Virus record (IMG/VR): IMGVR_UViG_3300020045_004774 | Coordinates: 1-38,011 of that record | Strand: one strand, 5' to 3' | Source of the DNA: a virus | Lineage: Duplodnaviria > Caudoviricetes | Length of the DNA stretch: 38,011 nt | Shown: positions 34,078 through 38,011 of the stretch, piece after piece | Position numbering within the stretch: position 1 is the first letter of the stretch | How the letters are laid out: each line of letters begins with the position of its first letter | Made by a program: the position numbers and the translations under genes | Notes under the pieces: generated by a model | Databases searched by the model: none | The model's input: the letters and a program-made list of their open reading frames with translations, nothing else | What the model was told of the DNA's origin: nothing

Positions 34078-34242
34078 TCATCCTATCGCTTTTATCTGTT
34101 TAAAAATATGTTGTGCTTTTTCGTTGAATGTCATTCCTTCACCTTCATTAACTGTTGATTGAATTTTAATTTTAGGAATGTAAACGTTTTCTTTAGTTTG
34201 TGGCTTAGTGTCTTTGTTTAGCCAGTTTTTTAGTGCTTTCAT
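34078..34242 (-). CDS. Small hypothetical protein
   Basis: Manual translation MKALKNWLNKDTKPQT...KAIG*; coupled to its neighbours. Confidence 0.5.
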   Translation of the reverse strand: MKALKNWLNKDTKPQTKENVYIPKIKIQSTVNEGEGMTFNEKAQHIFKQIKAIG

Positions 34243-34439
34243 ATTTCTAATTGCTTTAAAAGTTCGTCGGACGCTAACACTGATAATTTAGCCATATAAG
34301 AAACATTGGCTTTATTTGGAACAATTCCTTCAGGGTTGTCATAAATAGACATTAAACCTTGCATTGCTAATCCAGCGAAGTGTATTTTTAAATATTCTAC
34401 ATACTCGTTTGCGGTTTCAAAATCTTTTCTACTTTTCAT
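34239..34439 (-). CDS. Hypothetical protein
   Basis: FAGLAMQGL...A...V..SD.LL..L motif common in small phage proteins. Confidence 0.65.
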   Translation of the reverse strand: MKSRKDFETANEYVEYLKIHFAGLAMQGLMSIYDNPEGIVPNKANVSYMAKLSVLASDELLKQLEI

Positions 34440-34449
34440 AATTATTGTT

Positions 34450-34719
34450 TTAAATGTGTTTTTGAATTTGATTTAATACTTTATTGTAAGCCTTTAAAAA
34501 TTCGTTTTCAGTTGTTTTCTTTTCGCTTAATGCAGAATCAACAGTTGAAAATGTAATTTGATTATGATGAAAATAATCTGATGAACTCATTAATGTAACT
34601 AGAATTACCGTCTTTTCATCAATTACTTTATACCAATGGCAACTACTTTTAGTATAATAAGGCAATTCAATTTTAACCTTTTTCGCCCTTACAACTGTAT
34701 TTTTTATTTCTATTTCCAT
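34450..34719 (-). CDS. Hypothetical protein
   Basis: ORF in the early region. Confidence 0.6.
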   Translation of the reverse strand: MEIEIKNTVVRAKKVKIELPYYTKSSCHWYKVIDEKTVILVTLMSSSDYFHHNQITFSTVDSALSEKKTTENEFLKAYNKVLNQIQKHI

Positions 34720-34722
34720 AAC

Positions 34723-35094
34723 TCAAATCTTTTCAATAGCTTCAATAAGCTGTTTAGTGAATAACTCTTTTTGTCTAATTGTAGCTTCTAGGCTTTCTTG
34801 TACTTTGTCAATTTCCTTTTGCTCATAAAGAAATGGTAAACCACTTTGATTAGTCCAATTCATGTCTTTAATCTTTTCGTTTAGCACTCTAATTGCATTT
34901 TCACATATTTCAATTTGCGCCACTAGAAAACTACACGAATCAATTAGCGGTTTAACTTCTTTGAATACAAACGGTTTTCTAGTCAGTTTAACGCATTCAT
35001 CAACTACGAAGCTACCAAGAATGCTTTTTGTCATTTTTTCGTTGTCAAATGCCATTTCTGCAATTGTACGAACGATTTGTTTTGATGTTGTCAT
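34723..35094 (-). CDS. Hypothetical protein
   Basis: ORF in the early region. Confidence 0.6.
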   Translation of the reverse strand: MTTSKQIVRTIAEMAFDNEKMTKSILGSFVVDECVKLTRKPFVFKEVKPLIDSCSFLVAQIEICENAIRVLNEKIKDMNWTNQSGLPFLYEQKEIDKVQESLEATIRQKELFTKQLIEAIEKI

Positions 35095-35098
35095 GATT

Positions 35099-35389
35099 TT
35101 ATTTGTTATTTATTAACTCAAGTAATTCTTTCCAACAATCGCGTGTTGCTTGTGCCTTATACGTATATCTTCTTTCGTTTACAGAATCATCTACATTTCT
35201 ACATTTATCTGCCATTTCTTCATATTTACACTGGTATTTTTTCCACTTATCAATCAATAAAATAATTTGTTCTTTTTTCCATTTAGCGCCATTAATAAAA
35301 TCATTTGCACTACCTACATAACCGTAAGGTATTGGAATATTTATATTACCGTATTTTGCAGCAGCTTCTTCAAGTGTTTCTTTATTCAT
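35099..35389 (-). CDS. Hypothetical protein
   Basis: ETLEEAA..Y...FINGAKW motif typical of Bacteroidota phage small proteins. Confidence 0.65.
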   Translation of the reverse strand: MNKETLEEAAAKYGNINIPIPYGYVGSANDFINGAKWKKEQIILLIDKWKKYQCKYEEMADKCRNVDDSVNERRYTYKAQATRDCWKELLELINNK

Positions 35390-35538
35390 ATCGTTAATTT
35401 TTTAATTGCTTCATTCAACTCTTTTAAACGCTTATCACGTTCTTTTTTAGCCTCAGGATATTCCTTACACTCCCAATTATTTAAAGCCTTTTCAATCAAT
35501 GCTTTTTCTTTCTCTAATACTTCGATTGCGTAGTTCAT
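35386..35538 (-). CDS. Small hypothetical protein
   Basis: Manual translation MNYAIEVLEKEK...KKLTI*; coupled on both sides. Confidence 0.55.
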   Translation of the reverse strand: MNYAIEVLEKEKALIEKALNNWECKEYPEAKKERDKRLKELNEAIKKLTI

Positions 35539-35777
35539 TGCTTGTTTTTATTTTTAAAAATGTAATTAGTGCCAATTCTTACTCCTAAAAAATATATACG
35601 ATTTATCTCGTCAGCTTCTTTTTCAAATGAACGTTTTTGATTAATCTTTTTTAAAAGTTTAATTTCTGATTTTAATTCCCTTTGCTCATGTATTAACTCT
35701 CTTAATTCATCTGATAATTCAAGATTTTGTTGTGTTAATTCATTGTATTTTTCTTTATAAAATTTAATATCACTCAT
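35535..35777 (-). CDS. Coiled-coil hypothetical protein
   Basis: Start moved to ATG at 35777 (MSDIKF). Confidence 0.55.
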   Translation of the reverse strand: MSDIKFYKEKYNELTQQNLELSDELRELIHEQRELKSEIKLLKKINQKRSFEKEADEINRIYFLGVRIGTNYIFKNKNKQ

Positions 35778-35784
35778 AATCTTA

Positions 35785-36069
35785 TTATTTAGCACAATAA
35801 ATATTTTTTTCTGTTTCAAACATTCCATCTTTAACAAGTAAATCAAAACCTAAAGATTCCATTTGTTTAATGAATCCTTTTACATTTTGAGAAACTTTAA
35901 CTTGCATTGCTTCTTGAGTGCTAGCATAAGCAAAAAAATCTTTTTTACTTTTAAATTGGAAAACTTTAGAGCAACCATTTGCAACTAAACCATTTTGTAC
36001 AAACACTTCAGATTCAATTACTGTTACAGTTTTGTTGAATGTTACGCTTATTGTTTTAATTGAGTTCAT
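35785..36069 (-). CDS. Hypothetical protein (first gene of the early operon)
   Basis: Directly downstream of the promoter at 36106. Confidence 0.65.
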   Translation of the reverse strand: MNSIKTISVTFNKTVTVIESEVFVQNGLVANGCSKVFQFKSKKDFFAYASTQEAMQVKVSQNVKGFIKQMESLGFDLLVKDGMFETEKNIYCAK

Positions 36070-36105
36070 ATCTTTTATTTTTTGTTTACTGCCTTATTGA
36101 CCTTA

Positions 36106-36136
36106 CAAAGATACGAACGTATTTTAATAAAACAAG
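36106..36136 (-). promoter_or_regulatory. Early-operon promoter
   Basis: -7 TATCTTTG at 36106..36113; CTTG about 20 nt upstream. Confidence 0.7.
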
Positions 36137-36211
36137 TTTATACACAATTTTTTTCACAATTATTTATGAAACTAAGTAGAAATACGTAGAAAGAACTAAG
36201 TATTTATACGT

Positions 36212-36245
36212 AAAAAAAGCCACTAACAAATCAATGTAGTGGCTT
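36212..36245 (-). terminator. Intrinsic terminator after the endolysin gene
   Basis: AAGCCACTA/TAGTGGCTT stem followed by a T-run. Confidence 0.8.
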
Positions 36246-36290
36246 GAAACTAGCGGAAATTAGAGGTAAACCGCTGTTTGTCTTTAATGT

Positions 36291-36734
36291 TTATATTCTT
36301 GTATAGACAGATTTACCGCCTTTTTTCTCCATCTTAAGTACTTCTTTTCGATTGCGTCCTTTTCGATAACTCACATGAATCCATGATTGACCACCATTTG
36401 CCAAAGGTTGCTCTTTGATAAGTTGATCGTATTCTAAATTTTCACGAATCCAATCAAACGTTTCTTTATCCTGAATATGTAAATCAGCCGCTTCACCAAG
36501 AATGTGTTGCGATGATTTAGCACCACCAACAGCTTTATTAACTAATGGTGAACGATAACCACAATTCAGCTTTAAAGGCTTTCCTGTGTATTCTCTAATT
36601 TTGTCTAACACATTTTCACACAAATCAATTGCCTTTTGTGTTTGTCCTGAATCCATAACATTTGAAATACTACGTTGAACCGCTGTATTAGAATGTTCGA
36701 ACTCTTCTTTTGTGAAATATCTACTTAGTTTCAT
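36291..36734 (-). CDS. Endolysin, peptidase M15 family
   Basis: LSRYFTKEEF, GYRS...N.AVGG...SQH..GEAAD, WIHVSY zinc-peptidase motifs. Confidence 0.9.
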   Translation of the reverse strand: MKLSRYFTKEEFEHSNTAVQRSISNVMDSGQTQKAIDLCENVLDKIREYTGKPLKLNCGYRSPLVNKAVGGAKSSQHILGEAADLHIQDKETFDWIRENLEYDQLIKEQPLANGGQSWIHVSYRKGRNRKEVLKMEKKGGKSVYTRI

Positions 36735-36748
36735 CTTTCTATTTTTAA

Positions 36749-36937
36749 TCACATTTGATTGTTATAAAAAACGTGCGTATCTTCACAACCTCTATTATAT
36801 CCCTCGTTCCATTTTTCGTTTAAAGACAATTTTCTAACATCAAACAAAATGTATAACTCATCTGATAAGTCTTTAATACTCATGTTTCCTTCTTCCCATC
36901 TATCAAGTAATTCTTCGATTTTTTTATTTTTCTTCAT
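36749..36937 (-). CDS. Hypothetical protein
   Basis: Coupled ORF between the spanin-like gene and the endolysin. Confidence 0.5.
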   Translation of the reverse strand: MKKNKKIEELLDRWEEGNMSIKDLSDELYILFDVRKLSLNEKWNEGYNRGCEDTHVFYNNQM

Positions 36938-37521
36938 GATATTCTATTTTTAATCACATAAAATAAACTCGCTATAAGCCCTCTAAGATAAGCACCTAAA
37001 ACGAAAGCAACAACTAACAGCACCCAATGATACCATTTGAAATTTACTTCTTGTATTCTTATTTGCTTGGTCTTATGAATAATCTCTTTAATCGCTTGTT
37101 TTGAGTCGATTCTATGCACTTTCTTTTGAATCTTGGCTAATCGTATCACTTTGTTTAGTGAATCAATTGTAAAGGCGTTTTTTTCTTTGAGTGTTTTTAG
37201 TGCGTATTTTAATGAATCTTCTTTTGATTTTCTTTCGTTGCGTACTTCGTAACGTGTTTTTGGTTTGTCCGGACAATCAATTTTTACAGAATCAATTACT
37301 GTTATGTATTCAGTCTTACCGTTTACAATTACCGAATCAATACGTTCAGTGTAAATGTATTCGGGATTTATTTTTCCACCATGCTTGATAAACTTGTTAT
37401 AGCCTTTTTGCGATTGTTTAGCATCACTACATGAAGAAATCGACATTAATACTGCAATTGATACCGCAAATCCAATTAAAACGGTAATCCATTGGTATAT
37501 GAGTTGTTTGTTTGGTTTCAT
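36934..37521 (-). CDS. Putative unimolecular spanin
   Basis: N-terminal hydrophobic signal ending in ISSC (lipobox) plus a C-terminal TM helix; next to the endolysin. Confidence 0.6.
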   Translation of the reverse strand: MKPNKQLIYQWITVLIGFAVSIAVLMSISSCSDAKQSQKGYNKFIKHGGKINPEYIYTERIDSVIVNGKTEYITVIDSVKIDCPDKPKTRYEVRNERKSKEDSLKYALKTLKEKNAFTIDSLNKVIRLAKIQKKVHRIDSKQAIKEIIHKTKQIRIQEVNFKWYHWVLLVVAFVLGAYLRGLIASLFYVIKNRIS

Positions 37522-37543
37522 AATCTCTAATTTTTCGTTTAGG

Positions 37544-37551
37544 CAAATATA
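37544..37551 (-). promoter_or_regulatory. -7 promoter element TATATTTG upstream of the spanin/endolysin genes
   Basis: Consensus match in the intergenic gap. Confidence 0.55.
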
Positions 37552-37553
37552 AA

Positions 37554-37664
37554 CTATTTTTTGCCTTGTTTCAATGTTTGTTTAATTAACTCCCTTAATT
37601 CTTCTAATCGTTCTTTTGGAACACGCATATAAAGAACAGCGTTATCCAGCTTTTTTCTTCCCAT
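37554..37664 (-). CDS. Small ribbon-helix-helix-like DNA-binding protein (36 aa)
   Basis: Manual translation MGRKKLDNAVLYMRVPKERLEELRELIKQTLKQGKK*. Confidence 0.5.
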   Translation of the reverse strand: MGRKKLDNAVLYMRVPKERLEELRELIKQTLKQGKK

Positions 37665-37665
37665 C

Positions 37666-37857
37666 TTAACAGATTGTAAAGTTTAATGAATTTACATCAA
37701 TACTCGATTTCAATACTCTTTGCTTTTTTAATTCAGATAGTTCGTTAAATGGCTTGTTCCATGCGTTTAAATCTGAATCATTACTTATCCATCTGTCACC
37801 AAATGATTTTTTTTGCATCCCTGTAAGAGAGTTCCATAATTTAATTTGTGCTTTCAT
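37666..37857 (-). CDS. Hypothetical protein
   Basis: ORF in a small promoter-driven cluster. Confidence 0.55.
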   Translation of the reverse strand: MKAQIKLWNSLTGMQKKSFGDRWISNDSDLNAWNKPFNELSELKKQRVLKSSIDVNSLNFTIC

Positions 37858-37890
37858 AATTTTTAAAATTTAGTTGAACGTTTGATTTCG

Positions 37891-38011
37891 AAATAATTTT
37901 CTTGAAATTCTGCTTCTCTCATCTCTGCAAGATATTGTTTGTGCCAATTTTCGTTAGAAGATTTAAAATAATTTTCTTGAAATTCTGCTTCTCTCATCTC
38001 TGCAAGATATT
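37891..38011. repeat. Terminal direct repeat (copy of 1..121)
   Basis: Exact identity. Confidence 0.95.

Noticed and set aside
31114-37388. Plus-strand ORFs in the early region (31114, 31376, 32348, 34862, 35103, 35267, 37191)
   Set aside because: They are antisense to tightly coupled minus-strand genes and have no motifs or promoters
1-38011. Integrase/lysogeny module, DNA polymerase, reverse transcriptase/DGR or alternative genetic code
   Set aside because: No such motifs recognised; genes are intact under the standard code, with TAA, TGA and TAG all used as stops

Overview
The window looks like a complete, circularised genome (unit length 37,890 bp; bases 1-121 repeat at 37891-38011) of an AT-rich siphovirus-like phage. 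The host is most likely Bacteroidota/Flavobacteriia, inferred from TAnnTTTG promoters and A-rich starts lacking Shine-Dalgarno sequences. Almost all genes are on the minus strand. In transcription order they are: lysis genes (u-spanin-like, M15 endolysin), many small early genes, YopX, VRR-NUC, a replication initiator with iterons, a DnaB-like helicase, a Mom-like DNA modifier, a tRNA-like RNA, a NUMOD4-HNH, a YqaJ exonuclease, TerS, TerL, an inverted portal (the only plus-strand gene), protease, HK97-type capsid, connector and tail genes, tape measure, tail tip proteins and holin-like genes. No integrase or DNA polymerase was recognised. The standout is a 302-aa intein in the TerL nuclease motif (DNH|C...HN|CID). 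Its homing endonuclease is not in the intein frame: a complete 201-aa HNH plus zinc-ribbon gene is overprinted in the -1 frame on the same strand, with its own candidate promoter and ATG, while the intein frame stays open. Several candidate structured RNAs and five copies of the XerD arm of dif also stand out. All functional calls come from motif recognition by eye; no database searches were run.
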